Below the pieces are notes generated by a model. It was not told where the DNA came from. It did no database searches and saw only the letters and a program-made list of their open reading frames with translations. A program made the position numbers and the translations under genes. From contig JAAPAO010000022.1 in the NCBI GenBank assembly GCA_013115145.1, forward strand, positions 1-64,000: DNA of 64,000 nucleotides, in the 5' to 3' direction. Source of the DNA: Perkinsus chesapeaki ATCC PRA-425 (taxonomy: Eukaryota > Protista > Perkinsozoa). Shown one piece after another: positions 23,219 to 34,999 of this stretch. The stretch's first letter is position 1. Each line of letters begins with the position of its first letter.

Positions 23219-26200
23219 TCATCCCTCCTGTCGAACCTCGGTTATTAGCACACTGCTGCCCTGACTCTTCCGTCGCTCCTCTTCCTCCTTCTTTGACTTC
23301 GCGGCTGCCGCCGCCTTCGCTGCTTCTAGCTCCAGTCGGGCTCTCAATGATGGATGCTTCAATATCATTGATGCCCTAGGCAGCCAGCCCTCCACAACAC
23401 CTACCAAAAAAGCGGAGCGAAGCCAGAAAAACCGAGACTCTACCAGGTCTGGTGTTCTTGATGAAGGCCACAATCTCAGCGCTGCTAACAGGAGGATGCG
23501 TTATAACGTCAATAGATTCCACCTGAAGCCCAGCCAGTTCAAATTAACCTTGACAGCGTCCCGATTACCATCTCCCTCAATTCCATACTCTCCTTGAACT
23601 CCTCATCACTTATCCTTTTTGTTAGCTCCTTCACAGTGTTAAATGTGATGTCACCAGCAGCCTCTATGACCCTTTTAAGATAGTCCAAGACATACACCAC
23701 AGCCGGTACACATATAATCGCTCCAGTATGGACACGAGCTGTTTCCCCAACAGGCCCGTTATCCGCCGCTGCCACCGCTGCTGCCTCATTAGCAGCCGCT
23801 ACCTCAAGTCTTATCAATCCCTCCAACCACTTCAATGTACTCTCGTACCTGCCCAACCCCATCAAAGCCTTCTAAAGATCCCAAGTGTAGATTTTGAACA
23901 CTTATATTTTCCCTATAGATGATGCCTCAGATACATGCGTACGTTGAACCGCCTTGACCGGTGGCCAGAATATTCACCCCTATCCTGGCTGAGGCACAAA
24001 TTCAGGAGCGAGCTAGCGCCACACCAAGACCCACCGACCAATAAATTGGTGACAACAACTTCGCTGTTTAAACCTCCCTTCATTACCACTCTCGCCTCTC
24101 TCGTGACCTATCCGACTCATAATAGTCCTCCAGCATCCTCTTCTCATTACCAAGCCGCAACCGTTGTAGTGCCACCTCGGGGCGTCTACATCAACATTAC
24201 ATAAAAGCAAACCGCATTGAGATGTTACCGAATAGTCTTTGCCAGAGACCGCTCCTCAGAAGGGTCTTTACGCCTCAACAACTTGGCAAACTCAGCATCA
24301 ATCCCCTCTTCGAATATCCGTCGCCTACGTCCACAATGCCCTACGCTATATCACCCTTACCCACCTTCTGGCTGCGTTCCTTCCTCTGTCTAGATCGAGG
24401 AAACGTAGAGTGCCAATCACCTTATCAGCCTCTCTATCAAACTTCTCTTTATGCCCCTGACACACCGTAACAGTTATCGCGCTACTCCCTTTCCTCAAAT
24501 GCACCACTAACCACGGCACGAGCCGTGTCAGTCGTCTGGAAAGTTGCGGACTGCCTCGATCTCATCACATTCCTTCACTGCTCCGACCTCTCACAGAGAG
24601 CCAATGCCCAATCCCCCATCCCTTATTACCCTTAAAGTTGCCATCATGCTATCGTAAGCTATAGTGTCCTCGAGACCCGTCCTCAACGGTGTCTCGATTT
24701 CCGGTAAATAAAGGTCCGAGAACCAGGACGAGCTAGTTAATGCTGCCCGAAACGGTCTTTCCGTCGCCGGCTCCTCTATAACAATAGGCTGCGGCCTGTT
24801 CCCCTTCTTCATGCTCCCCGACATAGTGCTGCTTGCTTGGGATGACGTCCCGGTGGCTTTTGTCTGCAGAAATACAGCTAAGCCGTACCCTAGTGAAAAC
24901 TACTTTGAGACGTGCTCGACGACGAGAAACTGCAAATCAAAAGTTACAAGACCGCAACAACGACCTTGCACGACTACGCCGGCCAGCTAACCAATCTTTC
25001 CCACAGAATCCCGATTGCCCCGAGTAACTGCCAACCATCACAGCCTGGTAACATTTCCCTTCATCCTCCAGCCCATATAACTTATTAGACCTCCTAAACC
25101 GTGCTGCCCTACTCCTATCTCATACATCATCATCCAAGACAGGACGCAGCTAGCCCCATCCATTACCTCTTTGATTTCCACCTGCTTGCTAGCCGCCAGC
25201 AAGGGTAACATAGGCGGCCCTCCACCGCTGCCTACCGAGCCAACCGATAGCCTCCGTGGGCTTGAGCAAGGTGTGAAGTTTAGACTGCCTCTTCGTGGAG
25301 TTGCCAAGCTCGAACGTCTCGAGCTCATGCCTCCCAGACTACTCCGTCGGCATTGTAATGCCTTCAACCGATAAAGCCAAGAGCCCCTTCTAAGACTAAC
25401 CTGAGCCACTAAAGCTAACGTGTGCTTTTGGCAACACTCACCTTTCGCCGAGACGGTCGCCGCACTGGTCGAGGCTCAGATACCAGGAAGTATCTAGGAA
25501 GCTCCATGATATGCAATATCTTCTCCTAGGTTACCCCTTGGCATTCATTTCCTTCTTTTTCTCATCCTGTACCCTATCAAAGCCCTTCTCTATCCTCACC
25601 GTCCAGGGCTCCTCCTCAGTTGACTTGCGTCCTCCTTCACCCTACAATTATAACGCTGCTTCTACGGTGAACATCTACGTCTACCTCCCCCGCGGCGGCA
25701 GCAGCCGCAGCTGCTATTGCCTCCCCCAATCTCAACAGTTCATCCTCATCACCGGTAGGTTCATGTGCCCTGACCAACCCTGGCAACTACCAACCATCAA
25801 CAAGTATGCCTCACTTGAGATGCGCCTCGACTCCCTGCAATTCTATCGGAAATGCCTTCAATGTCCGATCCGCGGCCGAATTGTAGTGAAGCCTAATGTT
25901 GGCTAACCTAGCCAGAGACTCCTGCCTCAATGGTCTCTTTGTTCTGTGACATCGGTTACATAGCACCCTCTTCACCCCCTATCCAGAGCAATTCCAGCGG
26001 AAAAGTCGGTATGACATCTACCTCATCAGCAACCTTCCGCCCAGTAAAGACCCTAAGCAGCTCCTTATACTCCTCATCCTTCTCCATTCTATCATATAAC
26101 TCCCAGGGCAGCCTAGCCGTACCAGGGTGCCGACCAGCACACCGAGCACAGTCCTCTAGAGATCGATGCCTCCTCGTATCAAAGCCATAGGCTCGTCCGG

Positions 26201-26847
26201 GGAACTTGCTCTCCGCTGCCTGCACCCGTCTGGCACTTTCCTTCGCTCCTTGTCTGATGGCCACCATGGCAAGATCAAGTTTAGGCAACACGGGCTTAGC
26301 AGGTCGCCGATAGTAATGTACAGGTCGAACGAATCTTTTACTGACACAAAATACCGCCTTCAACCTAAGATTCAAAGTACCTCGGCTTTTTCGCTTCTGT
26401 CTTCTCTCTCCCACGACCTCCAGTGCCTCTACTGCCCATTGAGCCACCTACCGTCGACACCGTCGCCGAAGACGCCGCCACACTCCTTGGTGTGAGATTG
26501 GACCCTCCGCTTTTCACGCCTATCAGTCATCTTAAACTTCTCTTCCAATCCAACCTTACTCTTTGAAGCTTTTGGTGTCTGAGCCATCGTCACAACCGTA
26601 ACCTCCTCCCCCTCCTGGCCATCTTCGCCTAATCCACTCATACGACCTACCAAACCCTCCTCCCACTAGATCTACCTTGTCTCGGTGACCTCGCATATCT
26701 CCTTGTAATAGCCTCCACCCTCTCTATTTGCACCATATGTTCATGGTTCAAAGTGTCCATGTCCACCGGAGCTATCTTCTCCATATCTCTCGCAGTGAAC
26801 TGTGCCGTAGCATGCTCATCATCTTCTATGAAGGGTTCGTCAAACAT
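23219..26847 (-). CDS. One or more hypothetical multi-exon proteins
   Basis: Series of same-strand ORF fragments (23219-23473, 23539-23865, 24591-24824, 25038-25409, 25956-26447, 26647-26847) with protein-like composition; no family recognised and gene limits unclear. Confidence 0.3.
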
Positions 26848-27483
26848 ATACAGGAACTAAAGGCGGCAACTGCTGACTACTATCACCAGCGATAAGTACC
26901 ACTAGCATCTTACAATACATCTGCTCCCAATCCACGCCCTTTACGCAAAGAAGGCCCATGTGGGCTTTAAATAGGAGTTATTGGCAGACTCTCAAAAAGG
27001 AGAACACTCGGCTTTATTCACACCCATCACACCTATTGCATGACCATCTACTTCATCGTCCTCGTTGTTTACAATTGCCGACGACGACGAAAGCCGTTAC
27101 GATAGTCGGATGGCTTTTACACATCTCCGAGCACTTGCCAGAATGTCCGCTACTCCTGGGAGATATTCCAGCATAATACATCTCCGCAACAAAACGGCAC
27201 CCCCCATCCCTCTCCCACACACGAGCCTTCCAATTGAACGAACACATCACCAATGTTAACACCGCGGAAACCTAGACATCAATAATACCGACATCGAAAT
27301 CACGCATTTTTCTTAACAGTAGAGAAAGTAATCAACCACAGAAAGGGTTGTTGTTGTTGCTGCTGCCACCACCACCACCGAACACCACACCAGTAGCAGC
27401 TCCGAGGCGACGGCAACAGCAACAGAACATCAATAGTTCAGGAGACTGAAACTATGACAGTTACTATAAATTGATATTATTAT

Positions 27484-28722
27484 TTACTCAGCCAGCTTGG
27501 CGCGGACCAAATCCTTCAGCTTCTGGAGATCCTTGTTGAAGTTACGAAGACCCTCGGCCAACTTCTCAGTGGCACATGCATCCTCGTTTAACATCCAACG
27601 GAACTCGGCCTCACTAAGTTGAGGAAGCTTAGCCTCGTCGCACACGGCATTCTTGGCATCTAAACACCTCTTCATGCCGGCGACATCAGAGTTGTCCTGC
27701 AACTCCTTCAAGAGCTTAGGGGAGATGGTGAGCTTATCACAGCCGGCTAGTCCGCGAATCTCATCAGTATTGCGGAAGGAAGCACCCATAACAATGGTGT
27801 TGTAGCCGTACTTCTTGTAGTAGTTATAAATCTTTCTCACAGATTGGACACCAGGATCCTCGTCCATGGAGTAAGAGGTCTTACCGGTGCTCTTCTTGTA
27901 CCAATCGAGGATACGACCAACGAAGGGGGAAATGAGGGTTGCACCAGCTTGAGCAGCTCCGACAGCCTAAAGAGGAATCTTAAGTTGGAGCGTGCGTGAT
28001 ACTAGTAAGGTTAATTACCTGTGCGAACGAGAAGAGAAGGGTCATATTGCAATGAATGCCTTCCTTCTCAAGCTCACTGCAGGCCTGGATGCACTCCCAA
28101 GTGGAGGCCATCTTGATCAAGATACGGTCACGAGAAATACCCATAGACTCGTACCTAGGTATACAATATTTTCATACCGCACTTTCCTCGAGTCTTACAT
28201 CTTAATGATCTTTCTGGCCTTGTTAACACTGGCCTCCTTATCGAATGACAAGTTGGCATCACACTCAGTGGAAACATATCCATCAACAATTTGGAGGATC
28301 TCATAACCGAAGCTCACGGCAAGCTGATCACAGACCTAACAACAAAGATTTCCGAGGTCGATTTAGGCAAAAGATTCTTTCAAGGTTACCTCATCAACCA
28401 GGGCTTCCCCGGTAAGGTTCTGTTTCTTAGCATTCTCAATAGCCTTCTTCATAACATGGTCATATTCGGGCATCTGTGCTGCCTGATAAAGTAAAGTGGG
28501 ATTAGTTGTGGCGTCATCGGGACGGAACTGCTTGATCTTATCGAAGTCTCCTGAACGTTCCACCATTAACAATTGAATCTCATACCGCTCCTTACCTGTA
28601 TCAGCAACAACAGAAGTCATAGTCTTAAGCATGTCCAGCTGATTGGCTGGCTCATCCTTTCGGGCCTTCTTGGGGGATGTAGTAGCGGGATGCTCACCAG
28701 CAAGATTCTTAGGGGAAGGCAT
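27484..28722 (-). CDS. TALDO1: Transaldolase (multi-exon)
   Basis: [89 protein letters not shown] are classic transaldolase motifs. Confidence 0.96.
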
Positions 28723-29003
28723 ATCGATTATAACTATAAATATTAATCACTAAAAAGATTCATAATAGGTCAACAGAAGTAACCAACCAACTCAGATCCC
28801 ATAACCGATCTACATACCATTAAAAGCCCCTTACTTTCCCACTAGCGTCGTCTTCCATTTGCACAGCCAAGGCTTCGGGCGTGCGCGCTCGAAAAACGCG
28901 GAGCGAAGCTTATCGGCGAAACTTTCAGGATCCCTTCCTGCTGCCGTGGCCGTCGCCGCCGTTATTGCTTGTTAGTCTTTATCTACTCTTCTTCTTATTC
29001 CTC

Positions 29004-31010
29004 ATGTCCTGCCTCACCAGCATCCCCTCTTCTCCATATAAGAAGAACTCACCATCACCTTTAGCGGTCACTGTAACTACATCTCGTCGAAGTCGCCGTC
29101 TTAGCCTATCATCTGTTGAAGGCGCCAAAGATGTAGCTGATAATGATGATAACAGGTTAGTACTGCACGCTTCGACCTAAGATACCCTTGTCCTTCTCAG
29201 AGGCTATGTGTCCTGCAGCCTTTTAGATCTACTGGCAAGTAACGCTCCCCATAACAAGGAAAATCGCCATAGTAACCGTCATTTCTACTCTCATAATCGA
29301 TCACGTGGTCACCATTGTAACCTCTTTTGTATCTTTCCAGGTGGTAACTCTGGCTCCTCTCCTAGCCCTCCTGCGGGCAAGAACCAAGCCAAACCACGCC
29401 GCTCCTCCTCGCGCCGCGGCAGCCGCCGTTTCTCGATCGGTTCCACTACCGACAAGATGATGCACAAACAAGAGAGCTTCGGCGATAAAGATTTGTTGTA
29501 GGTTGATTGGCTTACCTCCCCTGAAATGATACTCCTTTTAGAACTCAAGGTGACTCGGAGCACTTCCGGTCGAGCCTTGTCGGTTTCGCGTGTAAGAAGG
29601 GGCTGAAGCCCGTCAGTAAGTCCATCCCTAGGCCTATCAGCCACTTGTGACTATCTACTACCAGGCCCCAACCAAGACTCCTTCCTGGTCATTCGAGTTG
29701 AAGGTGATGTGTCTATTTATGGTGTATTTGATGGTCACGGCAAGAAGGGCCACGATGTGAGTAACTTCGTAAAGGAGCATCTGCCAAAGCATCTGGTCGG
29801 AGTAAGTCCACCGCCGCCGCTGCCCCGTCAAAGCCATTGTCTCATTGCCAGCATCCGCTGTTTCGGTCTGACCCCTGCGTGGCACTACGTGAAGCCTTCC
29901 TATATACCCAGCAAATGTTAGAAAAGACCACACGGGACGGCACTCTGGACGCTGCAGTTTCGGGGACTACCTGTGAGACCTCCTCATGGTGTCTGGCAGT
30001 AGGCCTCGGTGTTAGGCACTATTGTTGTCCACTTTGAACGGGATGAGATATCCCCAACCGGCAACCAATGCCTCTACGTTGCCCATGTTGGGGACAGCCG
30101 TTGTGTGCTGGCTCAACGAGCTGCTGCCGGTGGAGGCCTCATCGCGGTAGACCTCACCCAGGATCACAAGCCGGGTAGATGTGATTGCCCAGCAGCTCAG
30201 CCATCCGTGGCTATCAGATCTTCCTTTGGAACGTGCCCGAATTATAGCGCGGGGCGGTGCGGTCCACAAACGGCCGCATGATGTCAATCATCGCGTCTAT
30301 GTCCAAGGGAAGGCCTACCCAGGTCTGGCCATGTCTCGAGCTTTGGGTAACTCTAACTCGCAGCTCTCCTCGATGCCTATCCAAGTCTGCAGGTGACCTT
30401 ATTGGTTATTACGACGCTGGTGTCTCCGCTGAACCGGAGACGTGCCGCCGTGAGCTCAGGAACGAGGAGCAAGGTGGCCCTGCGAGGTAGAGGTTGGTAT
30501 CAATGCCGCTCTTCAGAAGAGGCCGACTCCACTGCCCCCAGCTCTCCGCCAGCTGGTGGATCCTCTACCGGTGGCACCCCATTCGTCAGCCCAGCTAGCG
30601 AATCGTCACGACTACTTCCTCCTGGTCGTCTTAGCAATGGCAGCAGCACTAGCAGTGGCCGCCGCAGTCTCGGTGTTTTAAGCCCACAGGTTGACATAGA
30701 CGTCAGGAGCGTCGATCGCAACGTGGACAAATTCCTGGTGAGCGTCGTCATCATGCTTGTCAGCGTGATGATTATCAGGTTCTATGCTCCGACGGTGTAT
30801 GGGAGTTTATATCCTCACAGGAAGCCGTTGACTTTGTGTCGCAGTACACACCACAGCACTCGATGGAGGCAGCTCATGACCTTGCCAAGGAGAGCTGGAG
30901 GCGCTGGATTCATGTGAGGGTACAAGGTTATTGATAGGAATATCGGGCTTGGTCAGGAGGAGGATGGTACAGTTGTTGACGACATCACAAGCGTGGTTAT
31001 CCATCTTTAA
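29004..31010 (+). CDS. PP2C (PPM) family protein phosphatase, multi-exon
   Basis: YGVFDGHG, LYVAHVGDSRCVL, DLTQDHKP, PGLAMSRALGD, ASDGVWEF, DDITSVVIHL* across GT-AG introns; start codon uncertain. Confidence 0.92.
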
Positions 31011-31366
31011 TTTCACCCTCCACCACCACCAGTCTTCGCTGTACCATACCCGCCGCCTCCACTTTTACTATGAAGCATTCCTATTTTTGTAACCATTACT
31101 ACTACTGACGATGATTGCTGCCAATCACTGATGCATTTGAAACGTATGATAATAATAATAACCGTTAGCTTCCTTTGTACAGTAATAATAATATGAAGCT
31201 CTATTTTACTATCTATTGAAGCTTAAGTGTACCATGGCTACTGTTAACAGTTTCATCATAACCTAACAGTAGCATCTTTTCTACTGTCTCATGGACTGTT
31301 CATGACATTTACTGAAGATGTTGCGTAACCAGTTGGGATGAGCAAGATAATCGCTGCAGTGCAAGA

Positions 31367-31667
31367 ATGATAACAGTAATCGCTGGCAAAGAGAGATACA
31401 CTTGTAAGGTCGAAGGGGATACGAAGGTGGTAGAAGTTAAGGAGCAATTAGAGCCCCTTACAGGCGTCCCGGTAAACATCCGTATGTTAAAGTGAACGTA
31501 AGGGGGTCGTGACTCAGATAAAAGGTCAAAGGTTGCTAGTAAAGGGGAAGGAACGTGAGGACTCTTTAGTGTTATCATCAATAGGGATAAAAGAGGGATC
31601 GAAAGTGATGTTACTATTCACTAAGGAATATCAGGTGACCAAGGGAAGCCAGGCTGTCGAAAATTGA
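31367..31667 (+). CDS. Ubiquitin-like domain protein/exons
   Basis: Spliced reading MITVIAGKERYTCKVEGDTKVVEVKEQLEPLTGVPVNI-QRLLVKGKEREDSLVLSSIGIKEGSKVMLL fits a Ubl fold; may be a separate gene or the 5' part of the next gene. Confidence 0.6.
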
Positions 31668-31936
31668 GCAATGCACTTTCGTCGGTTAAGTGGTTAGTAA
31701 AGAGTTCGCCCGTAATCAGTCGGGAAGTGGTTAGCACGCTGATTGTTATGCATCACCCGCGCGGCATAGAATTGCGAAATCCGGTACAGTTTTTCGGCTT
31801 CTTTCTCGGGGACGGCATACAGGCCACATCGCGCACTTTTATGTGCTAATCTGCTCTCCATTCCCATGACCCTTCAGGTTAGGGAGTTTTCAAAACACGC
31901 AAATACGCCACAAGAGAAGCCACTACACCAAGGTAT

Positions 31937-32843
31937 ATGGCAACAACCGGAGCTTAATTGCAGGCTTGATGGTTAGGAATTTCCAGAGTCAACGAAGCGC
32001 CGCCAGTGGTCGACATCACCGTTGGAGAGGGCGACTCTGTAAGTCTGGTGTTCGTCTGTTGGGTTGGTATAAACGAGCACTGTAGGTCTACGCTGTGCTC
32101 AAGATAAAGAGCGGCTCGAAGGAACATGTTGGCCGGTACCATGTTAAGTGTATGTCCGGCGAGGTTACAATGGAGAGCATCAAGGCAGCTATAGGGAGAG
32201 TGACAAGTGAGGCTCAGTGGACAGTACCGCGAATATGTATTGTTCAGATGTGAGAGCAGAATATATGCGGTTACTTGCGAAAGGCAAAGAAGTAAAATTA
32301 GTCTCAAAGGATTCTTCCGCTTACGATAATGTAAGGTTGATGGTAGCACCGCTGTCAAAGAGGTAACAGCTGCTGGCAGTTCTCTGGAAATGTTAATGCT
32401 CTTCAAGTACGGGTACCACATGCAGGTGAGGTCACCGGCTATCTTAGCTCAAACTCTCCGATGCAGGTTGAGGGCTCAGAATGGCTCAAACAAAGACAAG
32501 GGGAGTTGGATGCTCTTAAGGCAAAGCTAGATCGTATGGAGAACTCCCTAAGCCATCGGGGAGGGGACTTGGCGGAATTCGTGGTAACGCACTATTGAAC
32601 AATGGTTTAACAATCACTGCTTACTCGACCTTAGATGAAACTGAGAAAGCTTGGTGAGCTCGTTGGAAGCTATTTGGAGTCTGTTGATCATGTACGTCTA
32701 TCGTAAGCCCTGAATCTGGAGTCTGGCTCCTTCAGGTAACAGTGAACGACTCTCTAATGCCAGAGATGAAGCAATTGAAGGAAGATCTACTAGCTGCGGA
32801 CCGCAGAGTGAAAGAGCTGAATTCGCGTGTTCCTCTAGTGTAA
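31937..32843 (+). CDS. Ubl + helical BAG-like domain protein (BAG1-like co-chaperone candidate)
   Basis: Spliced reading gives ...MRLLAKGKE-VDGSTAVKEV... (Ubl) then KLRKLGELVGSYLESVDH-VTVNDSLMPEMKQLKEDLLAADRRVKELN (BAG-like helices). Family call is inference. Confidence 0.45.
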
Positions 32844-33129
32844 TTTGCTTAGTTGAGAAAGACTTGTGTTCCCCCGGATGTACTTCGTTCAAAAAAATCG
32901 CGTACCCGTTTCCCACTTCGCACTGACACTCGATACTCGACACAACTCGACAAGTCTGTTGAAAACAATCTGGAGTCGCTCAGTTATGAAGAATAATCTA
33001 ATTCATAACAACAGCGACGCTGCTCCAGAATACGTGCTCGGGAATGAGACTGCCGTAACAACTGGTATGATAACAGTGTGAATGACCCCTCAATCACGAG
33101 GGCACCGTGGAAATGCGTAAAACTTGGGA

Positions 33130-33546
33130 TTACTTAGGAAGGTTAATCCTCATTGTGTAGCATCTGGTGAGAACTTTAGTCTCATTGCCAATAGTCAGAA
33201 CAAGGGTGTCGTCATCATTGTTGTGAGTCATGGCGGCGAAGTCGTCCATCGTGAAGGGCATACCATCGAAGTCGCGCTCCAACACACGAGGCTGGATCGA
33301 ACCAGTGCACCAATGATAAAAGTACTCAACGGCCTCGTAAGACTTCTGCACAGAGTAGGATCCTCCCCATCTCTTGCGCCAAAGATTGTAGTCTAGAGAA
33401 GTACCGTTCCAGAAGGTTACCTCGTGAGAATTAGTAACAAAAGTGCTAACCTTCACCTCACCACAGTACTGTCTGGGAAATGAGTCAAGGAGAGCGGAGG
33501 CAACAGCTAGGCTACCAAAGACAAGGGCGACGATACGAGAGGCCAT
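33130..33546 (-). CDS. Small secreted protein of unknown function
   Basis: 138 aa ORF with clear N-terminal signal peptide (MASRIVALVFGSLAVASA) and spaced cysteines. Confidence 0.7.
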   Translation of the reverse strand: MASRIVALVFGSLAVASALLDSFPRQYCGEVKVSTFVTNSHEVTFWNGTSLDYNLWRKRWGGSYSVQKSYEAVEYFYHWCTGSIQPRVLERDFDGMPFTMDDFAAMTHNNDDDTLVLTIGNETKVLTRCYTMRINLPK

Positions 33547-34999
33547 TGCAACAGAGTAAGCTGTAAAACTGCGTAAGAAAGGTTTAAAATACGATCAACA
33601 CAGTCTGCTAACACTGAGCTTCAACCCAGCGGTGGCTGAGAGACCACCAAAGTTGCGTCAAACAGGATAGTACTAAGCATCTCTTTAATAGCTGCGGCTA
33701 TGAAGCCCTACCTGAACTTCAGTAGCCTGCAATCTGGCGAGTTCTGCTAAGGAACAGTTTCGTTGCGACGCTGAACAGCCCCTCTACGCATGTCACCGCT
33801 GTGACCGTGACGGGCGCCACGCTGTCTTTTCTAGCAGGGCATGCAGATTCGAGCAGAATGACTTAACTCATGGGAGCCTCGCAGTCCCTTGGAGTTCTCT
33901 CCTGAACTTCCTTGGCGCTTCACAGAAACTGAGAGTAAGTTAGAAATTAACTACGATTTACTGCCGATTCTGAGAACTCGGAAGGAATCTGGATCGGGAC
34001 AGGTTGGTCGGTCACCACTCATGACATCTCATCTGTGAAGTATCGGAGGCAGCCGAAAAAGGACTGTGTGCGAAGGTGTGGTTTTCAAAGTCAGCAGGTG
34101 GGGGAAGGTCGATTGATGGGGCAATAAAACCAACGAAGGAGAGGATCCAACGATGGTGATCGAATCAAAGGAACATATTTGCCTTGAGGCAAATACGCTA
34201 CGATGGCTGTAGCATACTTACTAGCATAGACTGTAGAACAGTCTATCACTATCTCAATGACTCACAATCTCAAATCGTTCAATAAGCTTGAAACTAATAA
34301 AGTCAAATCTAAGCTTCAACCTCTCCCCCCCAAAAAAATGAACGGCTGGCGGTGCCAGCCTAACACGCATGCACAACCTTGCGCGCGGGTCTCTCATGAA
34401 CAAAGTCATAGTAAGCCTCTCCAAATGGAGGTCCTTCACACATCGAATGCGGGATTACCGGAGGGAGTCACAAAACTTAACCCGGAGCCCAGAAGCCGGG
34501 ATCACTGGGGTTCAAGACCTGTATCCTCATCTGACCCCTACTGCTAAATTAATGTACCTATTCGCGAAATTGATTTTCTTATTCACTAAATTGGTGGCCT
34601 TAAGCTCGAAGAAGATTTCTGAAAGGTAAAGTGCACAGAGACTGACTTAGCCTTTGATAATAAATACAGCTACTAACTACTTTTTGAAGTAGATTACTTC
34701 TTTACGAGTAGCGGCACGGGCCTTCGACCTCAGTCCACTACACTATTTTACAATCTAAAATTAGTCCAATCCACCACACTCGGCCAGTTCGCCACTTCAG
34801 CTGTTTCAGGCGAGAGATTTATCATAATAACTCCACGCTGAATAGTGAAAGCTTTGGGATTCATGCAGCACGATGCGCGTCGCTCTCTTCAGTGTGCCGT
34901 TCTTCTGCAGTTCCCGTTTGCCGCATAAGCAGCCTATCTATTAGGGAAGCCCCTCCCCGTTTGAGGGACATTGCAACCAACTCGTGCATCCCATCCTCA

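Noticed and set aside
31309-32421. Minus-strand ORFs 31309-31581 and 31954-32421
   Set aside because: The plus strand gives spliced Ubl-like readings with proper GT-AG introns; the minus ORFs look like antisense shadows.
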